The position numbers and the translations under genes are program-made. Under the pieces are notes generated by a model. That model saw nothing but the letters and a program-made list of their open reading frames with translations. It had not been told where the DNA came from and made no database searches. This document shows positions 38,401 to 48,721 of a DNA stretch of 64,000 nucleotides, piece by piece. The DNA comes from Ranitomeya imitator (taxonomy: Eukaryota): the NCBI RefSeq assembly GCF_032444005.1, contig NC_091287.1:55180001-55244000 (forward strand). The letters run 5' to 3'. Within the stretch, counting starts at the first letter, position 1, and every line of letters starts with the position of its first letter.

Positions 38401-39163
38401 TAATTCGGGGTTTCATCCTCGTTTTTCCTCTGGTCAGGTGGAGCCTTCTGATTGTCCTGGAGTGGACATGGTGGTGGATAGGTTGCATCAGATTTGGAGT
38501 CATGTGGTGGACAATTTGAAGTTGTCCCAGGAGAGGGCTCAGCAGTTTGCTAATCGCCGTCACCGCGTGGGTCCTCGACTTCGTGTTGGGGACTTGGTGT
38601 GGTTGTCTTCTCGTTTTGTTCCTATGAAGGTCTCTTCTCCTAAGTTCAAGCCTCGGTTCATCGGTCCCTATAGGATCTTGGAAATTCTTAACCCTGTGTC
38701 GTTTCGTTTGGATCTCCCGGCATCGTTTGCTATTCATAATGTGTTCCATCGGTCGTTGTTGCGGAAGTATGAGGTACCTGTTGTTCCTTCGCTTGAGCCT
38801 CCTGCTCCGGTGCTGGTGGAGGGAGAATTGGAGTATGTTGTGGAGAAGATCTTGGATTCTCGTGTTTCCAGACGGAAACTCCAATATTTGGTCAAGTGGA
38901 AGGGTTATGGTCAGGAGGATAATTCTTGGGTGGTTGCCTCTGATGTTCATGCTGCTGATTTGGTCCGTGCATTTCATAGGGCTCATCCTGGTCGCCCTGG
39001 TGGTTCTCGTGAGGGTTCGGTGACCCCTCCTCAAGGGGGGGTACTGTTGTGGATTCTGTTTTTGGGCTCCCTCTGGTGGTTACAGATGGTACTGGGTGAC
39101 TTGTGTTCTCTGCGGTCTCTGGTGTCCACCTGTTCTATCAGGATATGGGAGTTTCCTATTTAA
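35420..39163 (+). CDS. Gypsy gag C-terminus + pol: CCHC knuckle, protease, RT, RNase H, integrase, chromodomain
   Basis: CFYCGDSAHVISAC; VDSGA; YLDD; DASEIGAGAVL; HxxxxxxH..CEVC; MDFI/SDRG/NGQTE; GPY; YVVEKILD..YLVKWKGYG..NSW; frame is open upstream of the tracked start and runs 119 nt into the 3' LTR. Confidence 0.95.
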   Translation: MLTQWNECALAARFRDGLSEAIKDVMVGFPAPTGLNETMTMAIQIDRRLRERKPVHHLAVSSEQAPETMQCDRIQSRSERQIYRRKNGLCFYCGDSAHVISACSKRTKKVDKSVAISTLQSKFILSVTLFCSLSAISVDAYVDSGAALSLMDWSFANRCGFSLEPLEVPIPLKGIDSTPLAMNKPQYWTQVTMRMTPVHQEVIRFLVLYNLHDVLVLGLPWLQTHNPVLDWKTMSVLSWGCQGVHDDAPPISIASSTPSEVPVFLSDYRNVFEEPKLNSLPPHRDCDCAIDLIPGSKFPKGRLFNLSVPEHTAMRDYVKESLEKGHIRPSSSPLGAGFFFVAKKDGSLRPCIDYRLLNKITVKYQYPLPLLTDLFARIKGAKWFTKIDLRGAYNLVRIKQGDEWKTAFNTPEGHFEYLVMPFGLSNAPSVFQSFMHDIFREYLDKFMIVYLDDVLVFSDDWESHVQQVRKVFQVLRANSLFVKGSKCLFGVQKISFLGYIFSPSTIEMDPVKVQAICDWTQPTSLKSLQKFLGFANFYRRFITNFSSVVKPLTDLTKKGADVADWSPAAVEAFQELKRRFSSAPVLRQPDVSLPFQVEVDASEIGAGAVLSQRSSDCSVMKPCAFFSRKFSPTERNYDVGNRELLAMKWAFEEWRHWLEGARHRVVVLTDHKNLIYLESAKRLNPRQACWSLFFSRFDFVVSYLPGSKNVKADALSRSFVPDSPGNSEPTGILRDGVILSAVSPDLRRALQEFQADKPDRCPPERLFVPDNWTSRVISEVHSSALAGHPGIFGTRDLVARSFWWPSLSRDVRSFVQSCEVCARAKPCCTRASGLLSPLPIPKRPWTHISMDFISDLPVSQKMSVIWVVCDRFSKMVHLVPLPKLPSSSELVPLFFQNVVRLHGIPENIVSDRGSQFVSRFWRTFCAKMGIDLSFSSAFHPQTNGQTEQTNQTLETYLRCFVSAYQDDWVTFLPLAEFALNNRASSATLVSPFFCNSGFHPRFSSGQVEPSDCPGVDMVVDRLHQIWSHVVDNLKLSQERAQQFANRRHRVGPRLRVGDLVWLSSRFVPMKVSSPKFKPRFIGPYRILEILNPVSFRLDLPASFAIHNVFHRSLLRKYEVPVVPSLEPPAPVLVEGELEYVVEKILDSRVSRRKLQYLVKWKGYGQEDNSWVVASDVHAADLVRAFHRAHPGRPGGSREGSVTPPQGGVLLWILFLGSLWWLQMVLGDLCSLRSLVSTCSIRIWEFPI

Positions 39164-40069
39164 CCTGGCTTTCTTGTCATTTCCTCGCCGGCTATCAATG
39201 TAATCAGTGTGTCTTGTTTCCTCTGCTTCCCGCTTCTGTATTCTTCAGGACAAGCTAAGTTTTTGATTTTCCTGTTCCACGTTTTGCTTAATTTTTGTCT
39301 TAGTCCAGCTTGCAGATATGTGATTCCTTTTTGCTGGTTGCTCTAGTGGGCTGATATTACTCCTCATGTTCCATGAGTTGGAACATGAGTTCAAGTAATT
39401 TCAGGATGGTTTTTTGTAGGGTTTTTCGCTGACCGCGCAGTTCACTTTTGTATCCTCTGCTATCTAGCTTTAGCGGGCCTCATTTTGCTGAATCTGTTTT
39501 CAGAACTACGTATGTGCTTTCCTCTCATTTCACCGTTATTACATGTGGGGGCTGCTATTTCTGTGGGGTGTTTCTCTGGAGGCAAGAGAGGTCTGTGTTT
39601 CTTCTAATAGGGAAAGTTAGTTCTTCGGCTGGCGCGAGACGTCTAGAATCATTGTAGGCACGTTCCCCGGCTACAGCTAGTTGTGTGTTGAGGTTCAGGA
39701 TCGCGGTCAGCTCAGTTTCCATCACCCTAGAGCTTGTTTTGTTTTTTGTGCTTGTCCTTTTGTGATCCCCTGCCATTGGGATCGTGACAGTTTACAGTAC
39801 CATGTAAACCTATGTAAAACCAAATCCGTTGTGCCCATGGTGCGGATAATACCACTCGGCATTTTCCTCAGCATGTCAATTCTTTGTGCGGATTCTGCAG
39901 CATTTTACACCTGTTCCTATATAGGAATCCGCTGGTGAAATCCACACAAAAAACACTGGAAATCTGCTGTAAATCCGCAGGTAAAACGCAGTGCCTTTGA
40001 CCTGCAGATTTTTCAAAAACGGTGCGGAAAAATCCACACACAAATCCGCAACATGGACACATAGCCTTA

Positions 40070-40269
40070 GGCTGCCGTCACACTAGCAGTATTTGGTCAG
40101 TATTTTACATCAGTATTTGTAAGCCAAAACCAGGAGTGGAACAATTAGAGGAAAAGTGTAATAGAAACATATGCACCACTTCTGCATTTATCACCCACTC
40201 CTGGTTTTGTCTTGCAAATACTGATGTACAGTAAAATACTGACCAAATACTGCTAGTGTGACGGCAGCC
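40070..40269. mobile_element. PIF/Harbinger-type MITE, 200 bp
   Basis: Long TIRs GGCTGCCGTCACACTAGCAGTATTTGGTCAGTATTTTAC, TTA TSD. Confidence 0.85.
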
Positions 40270-40432
40270 TTAGGGTTAGGGTTGGAATTAGAGTTAGGGT
40301 TGGAATTAGGGTTAGAGTTGTAATTAGGGTTAAGATTAGGGTTAGGGGTGTGTTGGGGTTAGGATTAGGCTTGTGGTTAGGGTTATGTGGGATTAGGGTT
40401 AGCGGTGTGTTGGGGTTAGGGTTGTGGTTAGA

Positions 40433-41640
40433 ATTGGAGGTTTCCACTGTTTAGGCACATCAGGGGGTCTCCAAACGCGACATGGCGCCACTATTCATTC
40501 CAGCCAATCTTGCGTTCAAAAAGTCAAATGGTGCTCCCTCCCTTCCGAACCCCGATGTGTGCCCGAACAGTGGTTTACCCCCACATATGAGGTACCAGCA
40601 TACTCAGGACAAAATGGACAACAATTTTTGGGAATTTCTCCTGTCACCCTTGTGAAAAAAAAATTGCGGGCTAAAAAATCATTTTTGAGGAAAGAAAAAT
40701 TATTTTTTATTTTCACGGCTCTGCGTAATAAAACTTCTGTAAAGCACTTGGGGGTTCAAAGTGTTCACCACACATCTAGATAAGTTCCTTGGGGGGTCTA
40801 GTTTCCAAAATGGGGTCACTTGTGGGGAGTTTCTACTGTTTAGGCACATCAGGGGCTCTGCAAACAACGTGATGCCCACAGACCATTCCATCAAAGTCTG
40901 CATTTCAAAATGTCACTGCTTCCCTTCCGAGCCCCAACGTATGCCCAAACAGTGCCTCCCCACATATGGGATATCAGCATACCCAGGACAAACTGGACAA
41001 CAACATTTGGGGTCAAATTTCACCTGTTACCCTTGTGGAAATAAAAAAATTGCGGGCTAAAAAATCATTTTTGAGGAAAGAAAAATTATTTTTTTATTTT
41101 CACAGCTCTACGTTATAAACTTCTGTGAAGCACTTGGGGGTTCAAAGTGCTTACCACACATGTACATAAGTTCCTTGGGGGGTCTAGTTTCAAAATGGGG
41201 TCACTTGTTGGGGTTTCTACTGTTTAGGCACATCAGGGGCTCTGCAAACGCAACGTGACGCCCGCAGACCATTCCATCAAAGTCTGCATTTCAAAACGTC
41301 ACTTCTTCCCTTCCAAGCCCCGACGTGTGCCCAAATAGTGCTTGGGGGTTCAAAGTGCTCACTATGCATCTAGATAAGTTCCTTGGGGGTCTAGTTTCCA
41401 AAATGGGGTCACTTGTGGGGGAGCTCCAATGTTTAGGCACACAGGGGCTCTCCAAACGCGACATGGTGTCTGCTAACGATTGGAGCTAATTATTCATTCA
41501 AAAAGTCAAATGGCGCTCCTTCCCTTTCGAGCCCTGTCGTGCGCCCAAACAGTGGTTCCCCCCATATTGGGTATCGATATACTCAAGACAAATTGTACAA
41601 TATCTTTTGGGGTCCAGTTTCTGTTTTTACCCTTGGGAAA
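40433..41640. repeat. ~388-bp tandem repeat (about 3 units, one internally deleted) inside element A
   Basis: Recurring gggtctagtttccaaaatggggtcacttgtgggg. Confidence 0.85.
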
Positions 41641-43154
41641 ATTGTTGCTAAAAGATCATTTTTGTGACTAAAAAGTTAAATGTAATTTTTTTCCTTCCAT
41701 GTTGCTTCTGCTGCTGTGAAACACCTGAAGGGTTAACAAACTTCTTGAAAGAGGTTTTGGGCCCCTTGAGGGGTGCAGTTTTTAGAATGGTGTCACTTTT
41801 GGGTATTTTCAACCATATAGACCCCTCAAACAATCTCAGAACCGCTAGGATCCGTTGAAGCGTTCCTGAGTTATTACCTCATAAAGGTACACTGGTCAGA
41901 ATTGCAAAAAATGGCCAGGTCATCAAGGTCAAAATAGGCTCGGTCATGAAGGGGTTAACATGATCGCATCGGAAGCACCTCACCAATCCCACCCATCAGT
42001 GCCTATATCACATGACCGCGTGTTGCCAATGGGTTGGCATGACAACCTGGGGTTTGCAGGAGACGCCTGTTATTGTCTTTGCAGGAAGGCTAGGAGCGTC
42101 GCCCAGCAGTTGGTGCTCATACCAAGTGAGCATTTCTGCTACACAGAGCAGGGCTGAAGCTCTGCTGTGTGTAGCACAAGAGATCGGATGATCGCAGATT
42201 ATAATCTCCCATGGAGAGTATTGAGGCCAGTGAATATTAACCCCTTCCCGACCTGTGACACAGCGTATGCGTCATGAAAGTCGGTGCCAATCCGACCTGT
42301 GACGCATATGCTGTGTCACAGAAAGATCGCGTCCCTGCAGATCGGGTGAAAGGGTTAACTCCCATTTCACCCGATCTGCAGGGACAGGGGGAGTGGTAGT
42401 TTAGCCCAGGGGGGGTGGCTTCACCCCCTCGTGGCTACGATCGCTCTGATTGGCTGTTGAAAGTGAAACTGCCAATCAGAGCGATTTGTAATATTTCACC
42501 TAAAAAAATGGTGAAATATTACAATCCAGCCATGGCCGATGCTGCAATATCATCGGCCATGGCTGGAAATACTAATGTGCCCCCACCCCACCCCTCCGAT
42601 CGCCCCCCCAGCCCCCCGATCTGTGGCCCGCTCCCCTCCGTCCTGTGCTCCGCTCCCCCGTCCTCCTGTCCGCTCCCCCCGTGCTCCAATCACACCCCCC
42701 GTGCTCCAATCAAACCCCCCCCGCACTCCGATCCCCCCCCGTGCTCCGATCCACCCCCCCTGCACACCGATCCACCCCCCCTGCACACCGATCCACCCGC
42801 CCGCACACCGATCACTCTCCCCCATGCTCCGATCCCTCCCCCCCCGTGCTCCGACGCCCCCCCGTGCCCTGATCTCCCCCCCCTGTGCCCTGATCTCCCC
42901 CCTTATACTTACCGATCCTGGCGGGGTCCGTCCGTCTTCTTCCCCGAGCGCCGCAATGTTCCAAAATGGCGGGGGCATGCGCAGTGCGCCCGCCGAATCT
43001 GCCGGCCGGCAGATTCGTTCCAATGTGAATTTTGATCACTGTGATATAATCTATCACAGTGGTCAAAATAAAAAAACAGTAAATGACCCCCCCCATTTGT
43101 CCCCCATAGATAGGGACAATAATAAAATAAAGAATTTTTTTTTTTTTCCACTAA

Positions 43155-43334
43155 NNNNNNNNNNNNNNNNNNNNNNNNNNNNNNNNNNNNNNNNNNNNNN
43201 NNNNNNNNNNNNNNNNNNNNNNNNNNNNNNNNNNNNNNNNNNNNNNNNNNNNNNNNNNNNNNNNNNNNNNNNNNNNNNNNNNNNNNNNNNNNNNNNNNNN
43301 NNNNNNNNNNNNNNNNNNNNNNNNNNNNNNNNNN
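43155..43334. other. Assembly gap (180 N)
   Basis: Run of N where the TTAGGG array begins in copy A. Confidence 1.
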
Positions 43335-44021
43335 CGTATTCTGGTCCTCTGCGGATTTTTCCGCAGCGGATTTGATAAATCCGCAGTGCTAAACCGCTGC
43401 GGATTTATGGCAGATTTACCGCGGTTTTTCTGCGCATTTCACTGCGGTTTTACAACTGCGATTTTCTATTGGAGCAGTTGTAAAACCGCTGTGGAATCCG
43501 CAGAAAGAAGTGACATGCTGCGGAATGTAAACCGCTGCGTTTCCGTGCAGTTTTTCCGCAGCATGTGTACAGCGATTTTTGTTTCCCATAGGTTTACATT
43601 GAAATGTAAACTCATGGGAAACTGCTGCGGATCCGCAGCGTTTTCCGCAGCGTGTGCACATACCTTTAGAATTAGGCTATGTGCACACGGTGCGGATTTG
43701 GCTGCGGATCCGCAGCGGATTGGCCGCTGCGGATCCGCAGCAGTGTTCCATCAGGTTTACAGTACCATGTAAACCTATGGAAAACCAAATCCGCTGTGCC
43801 CATGGTGCGGAAAATACCGCACGAAAACGCTGCGTTGTATTTTCCGCAGCATGTCAATTCTTTGTGCGGATTCCGCAGCGTTTTACACCTATTCCTCAAT
43901 AGGAATCCGCAGGTGAAATCCGCAGTAAATCCGCAGGTAAAACGCAGTGCCTTTTACCCGCGGATTTTTCAAAAATGGTGCGGAAAAATCTCACACGAAT
44001 CCGCAACGTGGGTACATAGCC
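43335..44021. mobile_element. Two adjacent Harbinger-type MITEs (43335-43664, left end in the gap; 43675-44021 complete)
   Basis: ...gtgtgcacatacc end; tta-GGCTATGTGCACAC ... GGTACATAGCC-tta. Confidence 0.75.
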
Positions 44022-44145
44022 TTAGGGTTAGGGTTGGGTTGGAATTAGGGTTGTGGTTAGGGTTAGGGGTGTGTTGGGGTTAGGGTTGTGGTTAGGGTTA
44101 CGGCTACAGTTGGGATAAGGGTTAGGGGTGTGTTGGCGTTAGAAT
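44022..44145 (+). repeat. Telomere-like (TTAGGG)n degenerate array in element B
   Basis: ttagggttagggttgggttggaattaggg... Confidence 0.9.
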
Positions 44146-47100
44146 TGAGGGGTTTCCACTGTTTAGGCACATCAGGGGGTCTCCAAACGCAACATGGCGC
44201 CACCATTGATTCCAGCCAATCTTTTATTCAAAAAGTCAAATGGTGCTCCTTCCCTTCCGAGCCCCGACGTGTGCCCAAACAGTGGTTTACCCCCACATAT
44301 GGGGTATCAGTGTACTCAGGACAAACTGGGCAACAATTACTGGGGTCCAATTTCTCCTGTTACCCTTGAGAAAATAAAAAATTGCTTGCTAAAACATCAT
44401 TTTTGAGGAAAGAAAAATGATTTTTTATTTTCACGGCTCTGCGTTGTAAACGTCTGTGAAGCACTTGGGGGTTCAAAGTGCTCACCACATATCTAGATAA
44501 GTTCCTTGGGGGGTCTAGTTTCCAAAATGGGGTCACTTGTGGGGGGTTTCTACTGTTTAGGCACACCAGGGGCTCTGCAAACGCAACGTGACGCCCGCAG
44601 ACCATTCCATCAAAGTCTGCATTTCAAAACGTCACTACTTGACTTCCGAGCCCCGACATGTGCCCAAACAGTGGTTTACCCCCACATATGGGGTACCAGC
44701 ATACTCAGGACAAACTGGGCAACAATTTCTGGGGTCCAATTTCTCCTGTTACCCTTGAGAAAATAAAAAATTGCTTGCTAAAACATCATTTTTGAGGAAA
44801 GAAAAATGATTTTTTATTTTCACGGCTCTGCGTTGTAAACGTCTGTGAAGCACTTGGGGGTTCAAAGTGCTCACCACATATCTAGATAAGTTCCTTGGGG
44901 GGGTCTAGTTTCCAAAATGGGGTCACTTGTGGGGGGTTTCTACTGTTTAGGCACACCAGGGGCTCTGCAAACGCAACGTGACGCCCGCAGACCATTCCAT
45001 CAAAGTCTGCATTTCAAAAGTCACTACTTCCCTTCTGAGCCCCGACGTGTGCCCAAACAGTGGTTTACCCCCACATATGGGGTATCAGCGTACTCAGGAG
45101 AAACTGGACAACAACTTTTGGGGTCCAATTTCTCCTGTAACCCTTGGGAAAATAAAAAATTCTGGGCTAAAAAATTATTTTTGAGGAAAGAAAACGTATT
45201 TATTATTTTCACTGCTCTGTGTTATAAACTTCTGTGAAGCACTTGGGGGTTCAAAGTGCTCACCTCACATCTAGATAAGTTCCTTTCGGGGTCTAGTTTC
45301 CAAAATGGGGTCACTTGTGGGGGGTTTCTACTGTTTAGGCACACCAGGGGCTCTGCAAACGCAACGTGACGCCCGCAGACCATTCCATCAAAGTCTGCAT
45401 TTCAAAAGTCACTACTTCCCTTCTGAGCCCCGACATGTGCCCAAACTGTGGTTTACCCCCACATATGGGGTATCAGCGTACTCAGGAGAAACTGTACAAC
45501 AACTTTTGGGGTCAAATTTCTCCTGTTACCCTTGGGAAAATAATAAATTGCAGGCTAAAAAATCATTTTAGAGAAAATAAAATTTTTATTTTATTTTCAT
45601 GGCTCTGCGTTATAAACTTCTGTGAAGCACTTGGAAGTTCAAAGTCCTCACCACACATCTAGATTAGTTCCTTTGGGGGTCTAGTTTCCAAAATGGGGTC
45701 ATATGTGGGGGATCTCCAATGTTTAGGCACACAGGGGCTCTCCAAACGTGACATGGTGTCCGCTAATGATTGGAGCTAATTTTCCATTTAAAAAGCCAAT
45801 TGGCGTGCCTTCCCTTCTGAGCCCTGCCGTGCGCCCAAACAGTGGTTTACCCCCACATATGGGGTATCAGCGTACTCAGGACAAACTGGACAACAACATT
45901 TGCGGTCCAATTTCTTCTATTACCCTTGGCAAAATAGGAAATTCCAGGCTAAAAATCATTTTTGAGGAAAGAAAAATTATTTTTTATTTTCATGGCTCTG
46001 CATTATAAACTTCTGTGAAGCACCTGGGGGTTTAAAGTGCTCAATATGCATCTAGATAAGTTCCTTGGGGGGTCTAGTTTCCAAAATGGGGTCACTTGTG
46101 GGGGAGCTCCAATGCATAGGCACACAGGGGCTCTCCAAACGCGACATGGTGTCCGCTAACAATTGGAGCTAATTTTCCATTCAAAAAGTCAAATGGCGCG
46201 CCTTCCCTTCCGAGCCCTGCCGTGTGCCCAAACAGTGGTTTACCCCCACATATGAGGTATCGGCGTACTCGGGAGAAATTGCCCAACAAATTTTAGGATT
46301 CATTTTATCCTATTGCCCATGTGAAAATGAAAAACTGAGGCGAAAATAATTTTTTTGTGAAAAAAAAAAGTACTTTTTCATTTTTACAGATCAATTTGTG
46401 AAGCACCTGAGGGTTTAAAGTGCTCAATATGCATCTAGATAAGTTCCTTGGGGGGTCTAGTTTCCAAAATGGGGTCATTTGTGGGGGAGCTCCAATGTTT
46501 AGGCACACGGGGGCTCTCCAAACACGACATGGTGTCCGCTAACGATGGAGATAATTTTTCATTCAAAAAGTCAAATGGCGCTCCTTCCCTTCCGAACCTT
46601 ACCATGTGCCCAAACAGTGGTTTACCCCCACATGTGAGGTATCGGTGTACTCATGAGAAATTGCCCAACAAATTTTAGGATCCATTTTATCCTGTTGCCC
46701 ATGTGAAAATGAAAAAAATTGAGGCTAAAAGAATTTTTTTGTGAAAAAAAAGTACTTTTTCATTTTTACGGATCAATTTGTGAAGCCCCCGGGGGTTCAA
46801 AGTTCTCACTATGCATCTAGATAAGTTCCTTGGGGCGTCTAGTTTCCAAAATGGGGTCACGTGTGGGGGAGCTCCAATTTTTAGGCACACGGGGGCTCTC
46901 CAAACGTGACATGGTGTCCGCTAAAGAGTGGAGCCAATTTTTCATTCAAAAAGTCAAATGGCGCTCCTTCCCTTCCAAGCCCTGCCGTGCGCCCAAACAG
47001 TGGTTTACCCCCACATATGAGGTATCAGCGTACTCAGGACAAATTGGACAACAACTTTCGTGGTTCAGTTTCTCCTTGTACCATTGGGAAAATAAAAAAA
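44146..47100. repeat. ~388-bp tandem repeat array (about 7.5 units) in element B
   Basis: gggtctagtttccaaaatggggtcac recurs at ~44511, 44901, 45289 and onward at ~388-390 bp spacing. Confidence 0.9.
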
Positions 47101-48721
47101 ATGTTGCTAAAAGATAATTTTTGTGACTAAAAAGTTAAATGTTCATTTTTTCCTTCCATGTTGCTTCTGCTGCTGTGAAGCACCTGAAGGGTTAAAAAAC
47201 TTCTTGAATGTGGTTTTGAGCACCTTGAGGGGTGCATTTTTTAGAATGGTGTCACTTTTGGGTATTTTCAGCCATATAGACCCCTCAAACTGACTTCAAA
47301 TGTGAGGTGGTCCCTAAAAAAAATGGTTTTGTAAATTTCGTTGTAAAAATGAGAAATCGCTGGTCAAATTTTAACTCTTATAACTTCCTAGCAAAAAAAA
47401 ATTTTGTTTCCAAAATTGTGCTGGTGTAAAGTAGACATGTGGGAAATGTTATTTATTAACTATTTTGTGTCACATAACTCTCTGGTTTAACAGAATAAAA
47501 ATTCAAAATGTGAAAATTGCGAAATTTTCAAAATTTTCGCCAAATTTCTGTTTTTATCACAAATAAACGCAGAATTTATTGACCTAAATTTACCACTAAC
47601 ATGAAGCCCAATATGTCACGAAAAAACAATCTCAGAACCGCTAGGATCCGTTGAAGCGTTCCTGAGTTATTACCTCATAAAGGGACACTGGTCAGAATTG
47701 CGAAAAACGGCCAGGTCATTAAGGTCAAAATAGGCTGGGTCATGAAGGGGTTAAAAAAATGTTTTTAAATTTTTTTTAAAAAAATGTATATATAAAAGCT
47801 TAAATCATCCCCCATTCGCCCCATTCAAAATAAAACAACTAAAAAAAACAAACATATATTTGGCATCACCGTGTTCAGAAACAGTAAAACAGCATAATGA
47901 GAAAAAAAGTCAAAACGCCAGAATTACGTTTTTTTTGGTGGCCACAACATTGCATTAAAATGCAATACCGGGCAATCAAAACATCATATCTACATCAAAA
48001 TGGTATCAATAAAAATGTCAGCTCCGTGCGCAGAAAATAAGCCCTCACCCACCCCAGATCCCGCAAATTGGAGATGCTATGGGTCCCAGAAAATGATGGA
48101 ATTTTTTTTTTTTAACAAACTTTTGATTTTTACTCACCACTTAAATAAACAAGAACTTATACATGTTTGGTATCTACAAATTTGTAATGAAGAGTCATAA
48201 AGGCAGGTCAGTTTTAGCATTTGGTGAACATGGTTAAAAAACAATTGTGGAATTGCACTTTTGTGCAATTTCACCGCACTTGGATTTTTTTCCATTTTCC
48301 AGAACATTATATGGTAAAACCAATGGTGTCGTTCAAAAGTACAACTCGTCCCGCAAAAAAACAAGCCCTCACTTGGCCATATTGACGGAAAAATAAAAAA
48401 GTTATGGCTCTGGGAAGAAGGGGAGCAAAAACAAGAAATACAAAAATGGAAAATGGCCCGGGGGTGAAGAAGTTAAAGGGAATTTGTCGGCAGGTTTTTG
48501 CTATGGAATCTGAGAACTCCATGATGTAGGGGCTGAGAGAGTTGTCACTCATGCAGCAGGGCGCATTTGCAATAGGCCACTTTATTAAACTTCTTTTGTC
48601 TGTACTCCTGTGACTAGAGGGGAAATAGGGAAAAACTGTGATCTTATGTTCTTGCGATTGATGGGACCCACACTGATCAGTTAACCTGTCCGATGGACAG
48701 ATCATAAATTTTGCAGTTTAA

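Larger units (their letters stand above)
34067..39789 (+). mobile_element. Full-length Ty3/Gypsy chromovirus-type (sushi-like) LTR retrotransposon
   Basis: LTRs 34067-34812 and 39045-39789 (TG..CA, ~11 substitutions + 1 indel by eye), GTTTAC direct repeat on both flanks, PPT aagggggggtac 39033-39044, gag-pol. Confidence 0.97.
33981..40066. mobile_element. PIF/Harbinger-type MITE (~350 bp) split by the Gypsy
   Basis: GGCTATGTGCACAC ... GGACACATAGCC, TTA TSD; uninterrupted copy at 43675-44021. Confidence 0.8.
33247..41954. mobile_element. Large piggyBac-like non-autonomous element A (hosts Harbinger MITEs and the Gypsy)
   Basis: TTAA-CCCCTTCCCGACC ... GGTCATGAAGGGG-TTAA; TTAGGG array; ~388-bp repeats; internal deletion near 41830 relative to copy B. 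Confidence 0.8.
42241..47750. mobile_element. Large piggyBac-like non-autonomous element B
   Basis: TTAA-CCCCTTCCCGACC ... GGTCATGAAGGGG-TTAA; C-rich ~18-21 bp repeats 42640-42900; TTAGGG array; ~388-bp repeats. Confidence 0.85.
33138..48472. mobile_element. Old TTAA-flanked piggyBac-like MITE shell (E), ~1.1 kb once two large insertions are removed
   Basis: ttaa-ctctttcccgac ... gggggtgaagaag-ttaa; pieces 33138-33242, 41959-42236, 47755-48472; right part is the inverted relative of 48722 onward. Confidence 0.6.

Noticed and set aside
36338-39034. Antisense and alternate-frame ORFs within Gypsy pol (also 58586-60877 within L1 ORF2)
   Set aside because: Shadow ORFs of a long coding strand; no independent motifs
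42415-43375. Proline-rich ORFs (206 and 278 aa)
   Set aside because: C-rich short repeats of element B; one ORF is extended artificially through the N gap
44194-47130. Recurrent MGSLVGG.. / MTWCPL.. ORFs (also 54149-57001)
   Set aside because: Translations of the 388-bp repeat; no transposase motifs, so the elements are non-autonomous
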